A stretch of 32,000 bases of DNA, taken from the NCBI RefSeq assembly GCF_002787215.1, contig NZ_CP024851.1; one strand, 5' to 3'. How positions within the stretch are numbered: position 1 is the first letter of the stretch; each line of letters starts with the position of its first letter. Shown one piece after another: positions 15,579-26,153 of this stretch. The DNA comes from Escherichia coli (lineage in GTDB: Bacteria; Pseudomonadota; Gammaproteobacteria; Enterobacterales; Enterobacteriaceae). A program made the position numbers and the translations under genes. The notes below the pieces were generated by a model that saw only the letters and a program-made list of their open reading frames with translations, was not told the origin of the DNA and ran no database searches.

Positions 15579-16508
15579 ATGGTACGTATCTATACGTTGA
15601 CACTTGCGCCCTCTCTCGATAGCGCAACAATTACCCCGCAAATTTATCCCGAAGGAAAGCTGCGCTGTACCGCACCGGTATTCGAACCCGGAGGCGGCGG
15701 CATCAACGTCGCCCGCGCCATTGCCCATCTTGGAGGCAGTGCCACAGCGATCTTCCCGGCGGGTGGTGCGACCGGCGAACATCTGGTTTCACTGTTGGCA
15801 GATGAAAATGTCCCCGTCGCTACTGTAGAAGCCAAAGACTGGACCCGGCAGAATTTACACGTACATGTGGAAGCAAGCGGTGAGCAGTATCGTTTTGTCA
15901 TGCCAGGCGCGGCATTAAGTGAAGATGAGTTTCGCCAGCTTGAAGAGCAAGTTCTGGAAATTGAATCCGGTGCTATCCTGGTCATAAGCGGAAGCCTGCC
16001 GCCAGGTGTGAAGCTGGAAAAATTAACCCAACTGATTTCCGCTGCGCAAAAACAAGGGATTCGCTGCATCGTCGACAGTTCTGGCGAAGCGTTAAGTGCA
16101 GCACTGGCGATTGGTAATATCGAGTTGGTTAAGCCTAACCAAAAAGAACTCAGTGCGCTAGTGAATCGCGAACTCACCCAGCCAGACGATGTCCGCAAAG
16201 CCGCGCAGGAAATCGTTAATAGCGGCAAGGCCAAACGAGTTGTCGTTTCCCTGGGTCCACAAGGGGCGCTGGGCGTTGATAGTGAAAACTGCATTCAGGT
16301 TGTGCCACCACCGGTGAAAAGCCAGAGCACCGTTGGCGCTGGTGACAGCATGGTCGGCGCGATGACACTGAAACTGGCAGAAAATGCCTCTCTTGAAGAG
16401 ATGGTCCGTTTTGGCGTAGCTGCGGGGAGTGCAGCCACACTCAATCAGGGAACACGCCTGTGCTCCCATGACGATACACAAAAAATTTACGCTTACCTTT
16501 CCCGCTAA
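15579..16508 (+). CDS. pfkB: 6-phosphofructokinase 2 (PfkB-type ribokinase family)
   Basis: 309 aa MVRIYTLTLAPSLDSATITPQIYPEGKLRCTAPVFEPGGGGINVARAIAHLGG...; STVGAGDSMVGA ribokinase signature. Confidence 0.98.
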   Translation: MVRIYTLTLAPSLDSATITPQIYPEGKLRCTAPVFEPGGGGINVARAIAHLGGSATAIFPAGGATGEHLVSLLADENVPVATVEAKDWTRQNLHVHVEASGEQYRFVMPGAALSEDEFRQLEEQVLEIESGAILVISGSLPPGVKLEKLTQLISAAQKQGIRCIVDSSGEALSAALAIGNIELVKPNQKELSALVNRELTQPDDVRKAAQEIVNSGKAKRVVVSLGPQGALGVDSENCIQVVPPPVKSQSTVGAGDSMVGAMTLKLAENASLEEMVRFGVAAGSAATLNQGTRLCSHDDTQKIYAYLSR

Positions 16509-16608
16509 CTGAAACATTCCCCCTGCATTGGGGGAATCACCACCAACCTGTCGGCAACGCGTTTCTCCGACTATGCTCAAAAGTCATGTGATAACAAAGG
16601 GGTGAACT

Positions 16609-16899
16609 ATGGCCAGTGGCGATCTTGTCCGTTATGTCATAACCGTCATGTTGCATGAGGATACATTGACTGAAATTAACGAGTTGAATAATTACCTGAC
16701 TCGCGACGGTTTTTTGCTCACCATGACGGATGATGATGGAAATATCCATGAGCTGGGGACTAACACTTTTGGACTTATCAGTACCCAAAGTGAAGAAGAA
16801 ATTAGAGAACTGGTTTCGGGGCTTACCCAAAGTGCAACCGGTAAAGATCCTGAAATCGCCATCACGACCTGGGAGGAATGGAATAGCAACAGAAAATAA
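16609..16899 (+). CDS. ydiZ: Uncharacterized protein YdiZ
   Basis: 96-aa ORF MASGDLVRYVITVMLHEDTLTEINELNNYLTRDGFLLTMTDDDGNIHELGTNTFGLIS... between pfkB and yniA. Confidence 0.88.
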   Translation: MASGDLVRYVITVMLHEDTLTEINELNNYLTRDGFLLTMTDDDGNIHELGTNTFGLISTQSEEEIRELVSGLTQSATGKDPEIAITTWEEWNSNRK

Positions 16900-17004
16900 A
16901 TGGTTTTTGGGCAATAATCAGTCTGTGGTGTGCTTTAGCTCGTGTTTTTACACCGCATTCTTGCGCTAACCTTATGATCTGGCAGACAACATGGGAGAGA
17001 CATC

Positions 17005-17865
17005 ATGTGGCAGGCAATCAGTCGTCTTTTGAGCGAGCAGTTAGGTGAAGGCGAAATCGAACTGCGTAATGAACTGCCTGGCGGAGAAGTCCATGCCGCA
17101 TGGCATTTGCGCTATGCAGGACGTGACTTTTTCGTCAAATGTGATGAAAGGGAACTGCTTCCCGGTTTTACCGCCGAAGCCGACCAACTGGAGTTACTGT
17201 CGCGTAGTAAAACCGTCACCGTGCCTAAGGTTTGGGCAGTTGGCGCTGACCGTGACTACAGTTTTCTGGTGATGGATTATCTCCCACCTCGCCCGCTGGA
17301 TGCGCATAGCGCATTTATTCTTGGTCAGCAAATTGCGCGTTTACATCAATGGAGCGACCAACCACAATTTGGCCTCGATTTTGATAACTCGCTCTCCACA
17401 ACTCCGCAGCCCAACACCTGGCAACGTCGCTGGTCAACGTTTTTTGCTGAACAACGGATTGGCTGGCAGTTGGAACTAGCAGCAGAGAAAGGGATCGCTT
17501 TCGGCAATATCGACGCCATCGTAGAGCATATTCAGCAGCGTCTGGCCTCGCATCAACCGCAGCCTTCTCTGTTGCATGGCGATTTATGGTCCGGCAACTG
17601 TGCGCTGGGTCCGGATGGCCCGTACATTTTCGACCCGGCCTGCTACTGGGGTGACCGAGAGTGCGACCTGGCGATGTTACCGCTGCATACTGAACAGCCG
17701 CCACAAATCTATGACGGCTATCAGTCAGTATCCCCGCTACCTGCCGATTTCCTTGAACGTCAACCGGTTTACCAACTCTACACGCTGTTAAATCGTGCAA
17801 GGTTATTTGGCGGTCAGCATTTGGTTATTGCTCAGCAGTCACTGGATAGATTATTAGCAGCATAA
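17005..17865 (+). CDS. yniA: Fructosamine kinase-family protein YniA
   Basis: 286 aa; SLLHGDLWSGNCALGPDGPYIFDPACYWGDRECDLAM (aminoglycoside/fructosamine kinase catalytic motifs). Confidence 0.93.
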   Translation: MWQAISRLLSEQLGEGEIELRNELPGGEVHAAWHLRYAGRDFFVKCDERELLPGFTAEADQLELLSRSKTVTVPKVWAVGADRDYSFLVMDYLPPRPLDAHSAFILGQQIARLHQWSDQPQFGLDFDNSLSTTPQPNTWQRRWSTFFAEQRIGWQLELAAEKGIAFGNIDAIVEHIQQRLASHQPQPSLLHGDLWSGNCALGPDGPYIFDPACYWGDRECDLAMLPLHTEQPPQIYDGYQSVSPLPADFLERQPVYQLYTLLNRARLFGGQHLVIAQQSLDRLLAA

Positions 17866-17905
17866 TATGGGGTGAGGATAATGGCCGCTCCGTGCGGCCT
17901 TTTGA

Positions 17906-18442
17906 TTAAATAAACCCCAGCAGAGAAAAGAACACATAACCTGCAGCAATACAAATAACCGGCAGGATATACAGCGAGAAAAACTGCAGGAAAATAGTAT
18001 GGTGCGGCACAACAATACGTGACTCAATTTGTTCACGCGTTAGCCCCTCTTCCCCTTTGGCTTTTTCCAGAATGAGTTGATCTTCAACACCTTCCCGCAA
18101 GAAGCGCGCCTGGCGACTCATCCGGGCACCGGAATCCTGCAACGCCAGTCCGACAAAAATCAGGATGAAAATCACCCAGAACATAACGTTCACGCCACCA
18201 TTAAAATTGGGCGTCGGGGAGTTATACCAGAACAGATTCAAAAAAGGCGTATTCGCCTGCATCATATCGATCATGACATGAGTAAAGTCGAGCATGACCG
18301 CATTAATGCCTTCCTGGTTTTCCTGCCGGGTATTCATAAATTTCAGCAAAGAAATCAGTGTAGAGATCAATGCAGGTATAAAAATCACCCAACCCAAAAT
18401 CCTTTTCAAAACAGCAATGCGTCCAGCTTGTTGATACGTCAT
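17906..18442 (-). CDS. yniB: Predicted inner membrane protein YniB
   Basis: 178 aa with several hydrophobic segments; MTYQQAGRIAVLKRILGWVIFIPALISTLISLLKF. Confidence 0.9.
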   Translation of the reverse strand: MTYQQAGRIAVLKRILGWVIFIPALISTLISLLKFMNTRQENQEGINAVMLDFTHVMIDMMQANTPFLNLFWYNSPTPNFNGGVNVMFWVIFILIFVGLALQDSGARMSRQARFLREGVEDQLILEKAKGEEGLTREQIESRIVVPHHTIFLQFFSLYILPVICIAAGYVFFSLLGFI

Positions 18443-18588
18443 GAGTTCTCCTTGATTAAGACGCGTCGTTTCACTTAGTTTACCTGTAGATATCTGTTTT
18501 CGCCCATTCTTTAAAGGCGATATGATAGGCGCTTAATCATAAGCACGGCTTAATACTTTACACATAATGCTCTAAAGGAGAGGTTGTA

Positions 18589-19257
18589 ATGTCAACCCCG
18601 CGTCAGATTCTTGCTGCAATTTTTGATATGGATGGATTACTTATCGACTCAGAACCTTTATGGGATCGAGCTGAACTGGATGTGATGGCAAGCCTGGGGG
18701 TGGATATCTCCCGTCGTAACGAGCTGCCGGACACCTTAGGTTTACGCATCGATATGGTGGTCGATCTTTGGTACGCCCGGCAACCCTGGAATGGGCCAAG
18801 CCGTCAGGAAGTAGTAGAACGGGTTATTGCTCGTGCCATTTCACTGGTTGAAGAGACGCGTCCATTATTACCAGGCGTGCGCGAAGCTGTTGCGTTATGC
18901 AAAGAACAAGGTTTATTAGTGGGACTGGCCTCCGCGTCACCACTACATATGCTGGAAAAAGTGTTGACCATGTTTGACTTACGCGACAGTTTCGATGCCC
19001 TCGCCTCGGCTGAAAAACTGCCTTACAGCAAGCCGCATCCGCAAGTATATCTCGACTGCGCAGCAAAACTGGGCGTTGACCCACTGACCTGCGTGGCGCT
19101 GGAAGACTCGGTAAATGGCATGATCGCTTCTAAAGCAGCCCGCATGCGTTCCATCGTCGTTCCTGCGCCAGAAGCGCAAAATGATCCACGTTTTGTATTA
19201 GCAAACGTCAAACTCTCATCGCTGACAGAACTCACCGCAAAAGACCTTCTCGGTTAA
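18589..19257 (+). CDS. hxpB: HAD-family sugar phosphatase YniC (hexitol phosphatase B)
   Basis: 222 aa; FDMDGLLIDSEPLW HAD motif I, KPHPQVYLDCAAKLGV, ALEDSVNGM motif IV. Confidence 0.95.
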   Translation: MSTPRQILAAIFDMDGLLIDSEPLWDRAELDVMASLGVDISRRNELPDTLGLRIDMVVDLWYARQPWNGPSRQEVVERVIARAISLVEETRPLLPGVREAVALCKEQGLLVGLASASPLHMLEKVLTMFDLRDSFDALASAEKLPYSKPHPQVYLDCAAKLGVDPLTCVALEDSVNGMIASKAARMRSIVVPAPEAQNDPRFVLANVKLSSLTELTAKDLLG

Positions 19258-19367
19258 TGACCAGGGGCAGTGATCACACTGCTCCTGGTTCTTTATCTGA
19301 ATTTGCATTCAACTGACGGATTAATCGTCAATTTAAGAGAAAGAGTTACACCGTCACCACTTCCGTG

Positions 19368-19405
19368 CACTGTATAAAAATCCTATACTGTACGTATTGA
19401 CAGTT
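19368..19405 (+). promoter_or_regulatory. Two overlapping LexA (SOS) boxes upstream of ydjM
   Basis: CACTGTATAAAAATCCTATA (19368-19387, weak right half) and TACTGTACGTATTGACAGTT (19386-19405, CTG-N10-CAG). Confidence 0.85.
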
Positions 19406-19419
19406 TAGTGAGTTTTATC

Positions 19420-20010
19420 ATGACGGCGGAAGGTCACCTTCTCTTTTCTATTGCTTGTGCGGTATTTGCCAAAAATGCCGAGCTGACGCCCGTGCTGGCA
19501 CAGGGTGACTGGTGGCATATTGTCCCTTCCGCAATCCTGACGTGTTTGTTACCGGACATCGATCACCCAAAGTCGTTTCTTGGGCAGCGATTAAAGTGGA
19601 TATCAAAACCGATCGCCCGCGCTTTTGGGCATCGTGGTTTTACCCACAGTCTGCTGGCGGTATTTGCGCTGCTGGCAACCTTTTACCTTAAGGTTCCTGA
19701 AAGCTGGTTCATTCCGGCTGATGCGCTACAAGGAATGGTGCTGGGTTATTTGAGCCACATACTTGCCGATATGCTGACACCCGCCGGTGTTCCCCTGCTC
19801 TGGCCATGCCGCTGGCGTTTCCGCTTGCCTATCCTGGTTCCCCAAAAGGGCAACCAACTGGAACGTTTTATCTGCATGGCATTATTTGTCTGGTCGGTAT
19901 GGATGCCCCATTCATTACCCGAAAACAGCGCTGTTCGTTGGTCATCGCAAATGATCAATACTTTGCAGATCCAGTTTCATCGGCTTATTAAGCATCAGGT
20001 TGAATACTAA
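19420..20010 (+). CDS. ydjM: LexA-regulated inner membrane protein YdjM (metal-dependent hydrolase-like DUF457)
   Basis: MTAEGHLLFSIACAVFAKNAELTPVL...LLPDIDHPKSFLGQRLKW...FGHRGFTHSLLAV; the ORF track uses a GTG 4 codons upstream. Confidence 0.93.
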   Translation: MTAEGHLLFSIACAVFAKNAELTPVLAQGDWWHIVPSAILTCLLPDIDHPKSFLGQRLKWISKPIARAFGHRGFTHSLLAVFALLATFYLKVPESWFIPADALQGMVLGYLSHILADMLTPAGVPLLWPCRWRFRLPILVPQKGNQLERFICMALFVWSVWMPHSLPENSAVRWSSQMINTLQIQFHRLIKHQVEY

Positions 20011-20142
20011 AAAGGCAAAAATCACCTTTCTGGAATAAGCAATTCCATTTGAATATAAGAGCCAGCTCACAGTTCTGTTAATCTTGCGCCAACACTATGA
20101 CTGCTACGCAGTGATAGAAATAATAAGATCAGGAGAACGGGG

Positions 20143-21534
20143 ATGAACTTTCCATTAATTGCGAACATCGTGGTGTTCGTTGTACTGCTGTTTGCGCTGG
20201 CTCAGACCCGCCATAAACAGTGGAGTCTGGCGAAAAAAGTGCTGGTGGGTCTGGTGATGGGTGTGGTTTTTGGCCTCGCCCTGCATACCATTTATGGTTC
20301 TGACAGCCAGGTACTTAAAGATTCTGTACAGTGGTTTAACATTGTTGGTAACGGCTATGTTCAACTGCTGCAAATGATCGTTATGCCGTTAGTCTTCGCC
20401 TCTATTCTGAGCGCGGTTGCCCGTCTGCATAACGCATCTCAGTTAGGCAAAATCAGTTTTCTGACCATCGGTACGCTTTTGTTTACCACGCTGATTGCGG
20501 CGCTGGTCGGTGTGCTGGTCACCAACCTGTTTGGTTTGACGGCTGAAGGTCTGGTTCAGGGTGGTGCAGAAACTGCACGTCTGAACGCCATTGAAAGTAA
20601 CTATGTTGGTAAAGTCTCTGACCTGAGCGTTCCGCAGCTGGTCTTGTCCTTTATCCCGAAAAACCCGTTTGCCGATCTGACCGGAGCCAATCCGACGTCA
20701 ATTATCAGCGTGGTAATTTTTGCCGCATTCCTCGGCGTAGCTGCGCTGAAGCTGCTGAAGGATGATGCGCCGAAAGGTGAACGCGTCTTAACCGCTATCG
20801 ATACCCTGCAAAGCTGGGTGATGAAACTGGTTCGCCTGGTCATGCAGCTGACCCCTTACGGCGTTCTGGCGCTGATGACCAAAGTGGTTGCAGGTTCTAA
20901 CCTGCAAGACATCATCAAACTGGGAAGTTTCGTTGTCGCGTCCTACCTCGGTCTTCTGATTATGTTTGCAGTGCATGGCCTTCTGCTGGGTATTAATGGC
21001 GTGAGCCCGCTGAAGTACTTCCGTAAGGTATGGCCAGTTCTGACGTTTGCCTTTACCAGCCGTTCCAGTGCTGCGTCTATCCCACTGAATGTGGAAGCAC
21101 AAACGCGTCGTCTGGGTGTTCCTGAATTCATCGCCAGTTTCGCCGCCTCTTTCGGTGCAACCATTGGTCAGAACGGCTGTGCCGGTTTGTATCCGGCAAT
21201 GCTGGCGGTGATGGTTGCGCCTACGGTTGGCATTAACCCGATGGACCCGATGTGGATTGCGACGCTGGTCGGTATTGTTACCGTTAGTTCCGCAGGCGTT
21301 GCCGGTGTCGGTGGTGGTGCAACTTTCGCCGCACTGATTGTGCTGCCTGCGATGGGCCTGCCTGTAACGCTGGTGGCATTGTTAATCTCCGTTGAACCGC
21401 TTATCGACATGGGGCGTACGGCGCTAAACGTTAGTGGCTCGATGACCGCTGGCACGCTGACCAGCCAGTGGCTGAAGCAAACCGATAAAGCCATTCTGGA
21501 TAGCGAAGACGACGCCGAACTGGCACACCGTTAA
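20143..21534 (+). CDS. tcyP: L-cystine:cation symporter (dicarboxylate/amino acid:cation symporter family)
   Basis: 463 aa; [61 protein letters not shown]. Confidence 0.95.
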   Translation: MNFPLIANIVVFVVLLFALAQTRHKQWSLAKKVLVGLVMGVVFGLALHTIYGSDSQVLKDSVQWFNIVGNGYVQLLQMIVMPLVFASILSAVARLHNASQLGKISFLTIGTLLFTTLIAALVGVLVTNLFGLTAEGLVQGGAETARLNAIESNYVGKVSDLSVPQLVLSFIPKNPFADLTGANPTSIISVVIFAAFLGVAALKLLKDDAPKGERVLTAIDTLQSWVMKLVRLVMQLTPYGVLALMTKVVAGSNLQDIIKLGSFVVASYLGLLIMFAVHGLLLGINGVSPLKYFRKVWPVLTFAFTSRSSAASIPLNVEAQTRRLGVPEFIASFAASFGATIGQNGCAGLYPAMLAVMVAPTVGINPMDPMWIATLVGIVTVSSAGVAGVGGGATFAALIVLPAMGLPVTLVALLISVEPLIDMGRTALNVSGSMTAGTLTSQWLKQTDKAILDSEDDAELAHR

Positions 21535-21545
21535 TTCTTATGCTG

Positions 21546-21578
21546 GCAACGGTCCGTTTTGTATAGGAGCCGTTGCCT
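21546..21578. terminator. Terminator-like hairpin between tcyP and ydjO
   Basis: GGCAACGG ... CCGTTGCC 8-bp stem followed by a T-rich tract on the plus strand (TTACTTTTTAAA). Confidence 0.5.
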
Positions 21579-21584
21579 TACTTT

Positions 21585-22352
21585 TTAAATGTTCCATCGC
21601 GGCGATGCATACTGACTCATATTTAAACAGATCGTCAGCGAAAAAATGGCTAACTTATCGATACATTCCTGACTCAATGAATGTGCTTGTAGCGAGAAGC
21701 TTAAAACCTCATACCCAAGACGTTTTCTAAGTGAACTATCTGAAATACTCATAATCTCTTCAAGCACACCACTTCCCATTCCCGGAAGATTCAGTGGATT
21801 AAAAAGAAGATTGACATTAAGCATTGATATTACCGAAGGAAACTTTAGGAGACTCTCATTTTTTTGAATCGCAGCAAAAATGCTCCCAACAGGATGTATA
21901 TAATTTTGTTCATAGTATATCGTTCTTAAATAGTGAATAACCAACCTGTTTTTTATATTGATCAAATTGGTCATTTTTTCTGGTCGGAATTCACAGGTAA
22001 AATCCATCCCAACAAAATTCTCATTAATACCTCTTATCCTAATTTCACTACCATAAAGATTATTAATTATCACTCTATATTTAACATTGTCCTGCAGATA
22101 TGTATCAAAACTAAGTGCTGGCGCTCCTGGCTTTGAGGCATCATAGTTAATGTTAGACATATAGGCAATCATATAATTGAAGTTTGATTCTGCTATTTCA
22201 TCGCAGGCACATTGACCCGTTGATATAAAGAAAGTGAGTGCTGTCATGGTAGACTGCAGTCTTTCTTTAAAAGAGTCGAAGGCAAGGTTTTTAATATTTA
22301 AATTACCATAATCATTCTGTATTAAGTTTGTAGAAAACATCTCCCGCCTCAT
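21585..22352 (-). CDS. ydjO: Uncharacterized orphan protein YdjO
   Basis: 255-aa ORF MRREMFSTNLIQNDYGNLNIKNLAFDSFKERLQSTM..., AT-rich, between tcyP and cedA. No recognisable domain. Confidence 0.8.
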   Translation of the reverse strand: MRREMFSTNLIQNDYGNLNIKNLAFDSFKERLQSTMTALTFFISTGQCACDEIAESNFNYMIAYMSNINYDASKPGAPALSFDTYLQDNVKYRVIINNLYGSEIRIRGINENFVGMDFTCEFRPEKMTNLINIKNRLVIHYLRTIYYEQNYIHPVGSIFAAIQKNESLLKFPSVISMLNVNLLFNPLNLPGMGSGVLEEIMSISDSSLRKRLGYEVLSFSLQAHSLSQECIDKLAIFSLTICLNMSQYASPRWNI

Positions 22353-22628
22353 ATTGTTAACAAAATTATTATCTCATTTAAATCTAAGTCATTTACAATA
22401 TAAGTTTAAGAGCGACACCACAGGATGAACTATCAAAAATAGCTCATCATGATTAGCAAAACTTAACCATTTTAAAATAAATAAACAATTAAAGAAAAAA
22501 GTTCACTTATTTATAGCAATAGATCGTCAAAGGCAGCTTTTTGTTACAGGTGGTTTGAATGAATGTAGCAATGAAATACAGAATTTCAGGCCATGTAACT
22601 CCCGGCAGAACCGGGAGGTACGTAATCC

Positions 22629-22871
22629 TTACTCAGTCACTTCCCCTTCCTGGCGGATCTGATTTGCCCAACGCTGGGCGGATTCAGGCACAGTAAACGC
22701 CGGTGAGCGCAGAAATGACTCTCCCATCAGTACAAACGCAACATATTTGCCACGTAGCATCCAGACATCACGAAACGAATCCATCTTTATCGCATGTTCT
22801 GGCGGCGCGGGTTCCGTGCGTGGGACATAGCTAATAATCTGGCGGTTTTGCTGGCGGAGCGGTTTCTTCAT
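22629..22871 (-). CDS. cedA: Cell division activator CedA
   Basis: 80 aa from MKKPLRQQNRQIISYVPRTEPAPPEHAIKMDSFRDVWMLRGKYVAFVLMGESFLRSPAFTVPESAQRWANQIRQEGEVTE; an alternative start 7 codons upstream gives 87 aa. Confidence 0.92.
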   Translation of the reverse strand: MKKPLRQQNRQIISYVPRTEPAPPEHAIKMDSFRDVWMLRGKYVAFVLMGESFLRSPAFTVPESAQRWANQIRQEGEVTE

Positions 22872-23074
22872 TACTGGCTTCACTAAACGCATATTAAAAA
22901 TCAGAAAAACTGTAGTTTAGCCGATCTAGCCCCCATACGTCCCGCTTTGCGTGTATTTCATAACACCGTTTCCAGAATAGTCTCCGAAGCGGGATCTGGC
23001 TGATGGTCTATAGTTAGAGGGTTTTTTGACCAAAACAGCGGCCCTTTCAGTAATAAATTAAGGAGACGAGTTCA

Positions 23075-25336
23075 ATGTCGCAACATAACGAAAAGAACCC
23101 ACATCAGCACCAGTCACCACTACACGATTCCAGCGAAGCGAAACCGGGGATGGACTCACTGGCACCTGAGGACGGATCTCATCGTCCAGCGACTGAACCA
23201 ACACCGCCAGGTGCACAACCTACCGCCCCAGGGAGCCTGAAAGCCCCTGATACGCGTAACGAAAAACTTAATTCTCTGGAAGACGTACGCAAAGGCAGTG
23301 AAAATTATGCGCTGACCACTAATCAGGGCGTACGCATCGCCGACGATCAAAACTCACTGCGTGCCGGTAACCGTGGTCCAACGCTGCTGGAAGATTTTAT
23401 TCTGCGCGAGAAAATCACTCACTTTGACCATGAGCGCATCCCGGAACGTATTGTTCATGCACGCGGATCAGCAGCTCACGGTTATTTCCAGCCATATAAA
23501 AGCTTAAGCGATATCACCAAAGCGGATTTCCTCTCAGATCCGAACAAAATCACCCCAGTATTTGTTAGGTTCTCTACCGTTCAGGGTGGTGCTGGCTCTG
23601 CCGATACCGTGCGTGATATCCGTGGCTTTGCCACCAAGTTCTATACCGAAGAGGGTATTTTTGACCTCGTTGGCAATAACACGCCAATCTTCTTTATCCA
23701 GGATGCGCATAAATTCCCCGATTTTGTTCATGCGGTAAAACCAGAACCGCACTGGGCAATTCCACAAGGGCAAAGCGCCCACGATACTTTCTGGGATTAT
23801 GTTTCTCTGCAACCTGAAACTCTGCACAACGTGATGTGGGCGATGTCGGATCGCGGGATCCCACGCAGTTACCGCACCATGGAAGGCTTCGGTATTCACA
23901 CCTTCCGCCTGATTAATGCCGAAGGGAAGGCAACGTTCGTACGTTTCCACTGGAAACCACTGGCAGGTAAAGCCTCACTCGTTTGGGATGAAGCACAAAA
24001 ACTAACCGGACGTGACCCGGACTTCCACCGCCGCGAGTTGTGGGAAGCCATCGAAGCAGGCGATTTTCCGGAATACGAACTGGGCTTCCAGTTGATTCCT
24101 GAGGAAGATGAATTTAAGTTCGACTTCGATCTTCTCGATCCAACCAAACTCATCCCGGAAGAACTGGTACCCGTTCAGCGTGTTGGCAAAATGGTGCTCA
24201 ATCGCAACCCGGATAACTTCTTTGCCGAAAACGAACAGGCGGCTTTCCATCCTGGGCATATTGTCCCCGGTCTGGATTTCACCAACGATCCGCTGTTGCA
24301 GGGGCGTTTGTTCTCTTATACCGATACACAAATCAGTCGTCTTGGCGGACCCAATTTCCATGAGATTCCGATTAACCGCCCGACCTGCCCTTACCATAAT
24401 TTCCAGCGTGACGGCATGCATCGTATGGGGATCGACACTAACCCGGCGAATTACGAACCGAACTCGATCAACGATAACTGGCCGCGCGAAACACCGCCGG
24501 GGCCGAAACGTGGCGGTTTTGAATCATACCAGGAACGCGTGGAAGGCAATAAAGTTCGCGAGCGCAGTCCATCGTTTGGCGAATATTATTCCCATCCGCG
24601 TCTGTTCTGGCTAAGTCAGACGCCATTCGAGCAGCGCCATATTGTCGATGGTTTCAGTTTTGAGTTAAGCAAAGTAGTTCGGCCGTATATTCGTGAGCGC
24701 GTTGTTGACCAGCTGGCGCATATTGATCTCACTCTGGCCCAGGCGGTGGCGAAAAATCTCGGTATCGAACTGACTGACGACCAGCTGAATATCACCCCGC
24801 CTCCGGACGTCAACGGTCTGAAAAAGGATCCATCCTTAAGTCTGTACGCCATTCCTGACGGTGATGTAAAAGGTCGCGTGGTAGCGATTTTGCTTAATGA
24901 TGAAGTCAGATCGGCAGACCTTCTGGCCATTCTCAAGGCGCTGAAGGCCAAAGGCGTTCATGCCAAACTGCTCTACTCCCGAATGGGTGAAGTGACTGCG
25001 GATGACGGTACGGTGTTGCCTATAGCTGCTACCTTTGCCGGTGCGCCTTCGTTGACGGTCGATGCGGTTATTGTCCCTTGCGGCAATATCGCGGATATCG
25101 CTGACAACGGCGATGCCAACTACTACCTGATGGAAGCCTACAAACACCTTAAACCGATTGCGCTGGCGGGAGACGCGCGTAAGTTTAAAGCAACAATCAA
25201 GGTCTCTGACCAGGGTGAGGAAGGGATTGTGGAAGCTGACAGCGCCGACGGTAGTTTTATGGATGAACTGTTAACTCTGATGGCAGCACACCGCGTGTGG
25301 TCACGCATTCCTAAGATTGACAAAATTCCGGCGTAA
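23075..25336 (+). CDS. katE: Catalase HPII
   Basis: 753 aa; large-subunit catalase with DJ-1/PfpI-like C-terminal domain; [39 protein letters not shown]... Confidence 0.98.
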   Translation: MSQHNEKNPHQHQSPLHDSSEAKPGMDSLAPEDGSHRPATEPTPPGAQPTAPGSLKAPDTRNEKLNSLEDVRKGSENYALTTNQGVRIADDQNSLRAGNRGPTLLEDFILREKITHFDHERIPERIVHARGSAAHGYFQPYKSLSDITKADFLSDPNKITPVFVRFSTVQGGAGSADTVRDIRGFATKFYTEEGIFDLVGNNTPIFFIQDAHKFPDFVHAVKPEPHWAIPQGQSAHDTFWDYVSLQPETLHNVMWAMSDRGIPRSYRTMEGFGIHTFRLINAEGKATFVRFHWKPLAGKASLVWDEAQKLTGRDPDFHRRELWEAIEAGDFPEYELGFQLIPEEDEFKFDFDLLDPTKLIPEELVPVQRVGKMVLNRNPDNFFAENEQAAFHPGHIVPGLDFTNDPLLQGRLFSYTDTQISRLGGPNFHEIPINRPTCPYHNFQRDGMHRMGIDTNPANYEPNSINDNWPRETPPGPKRGGFESYQERVEGNKVRERSPSFGEYYSHPRLFWLSQTPFEQRHIVDGFSFELSKVVRPYIRERVVDQLAHIDLTLAQAVAKNLGIELTDDQLNITPPPDVNGLKKDPSLSLYAIPDGDVKGRVVAILLNDEVRSADLLAILKALKAKGVHAKLLYSRMGEVTADDGTVLPIAATFAGAPSLTVDAVIVPCGNIADIADNGDANYYLMEAYKHLKPIALAGDARKFKATIKVSDQGEEGIVEADSADGSFMDELLTLMAAHRVWSRIPKIDKIPA

Positions 25337-25344
25337 ATATGGAT

Positions 25345-25372
25345 AAGGTCACGCCCCCTGGGGAGTGACCTT
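25345..25372. terminator. Terminator-like hairpin between convergent katE and chbG
   Basis: AAGGTCAC-GCCCCCTGGGGA-GTGACCTT inverted repeat right after the katE stop and before the chbG stop. Confidence 0.65.
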
Positions 25373-25382
25373 ACCACCTTAC

Positions 25383-26153
<771 letters not shown>

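Noticed and set aside
15644-16294. 216-aa minus-strand ORF inside pfkB
   Set aside because: Antisense to the strongly supported pfkB coding frame.
16516-16537. ATTCCCCC...GGGGGAAT hairpin after pfkB
   Set aside because: Possible terminator, but it lacks a U-tract, so it was not listed as a feature.
23896-24614. Several ORFs in alternate frames within katE
   Set aside because: All overlap the intact 753-aa katE frame and show no domains.
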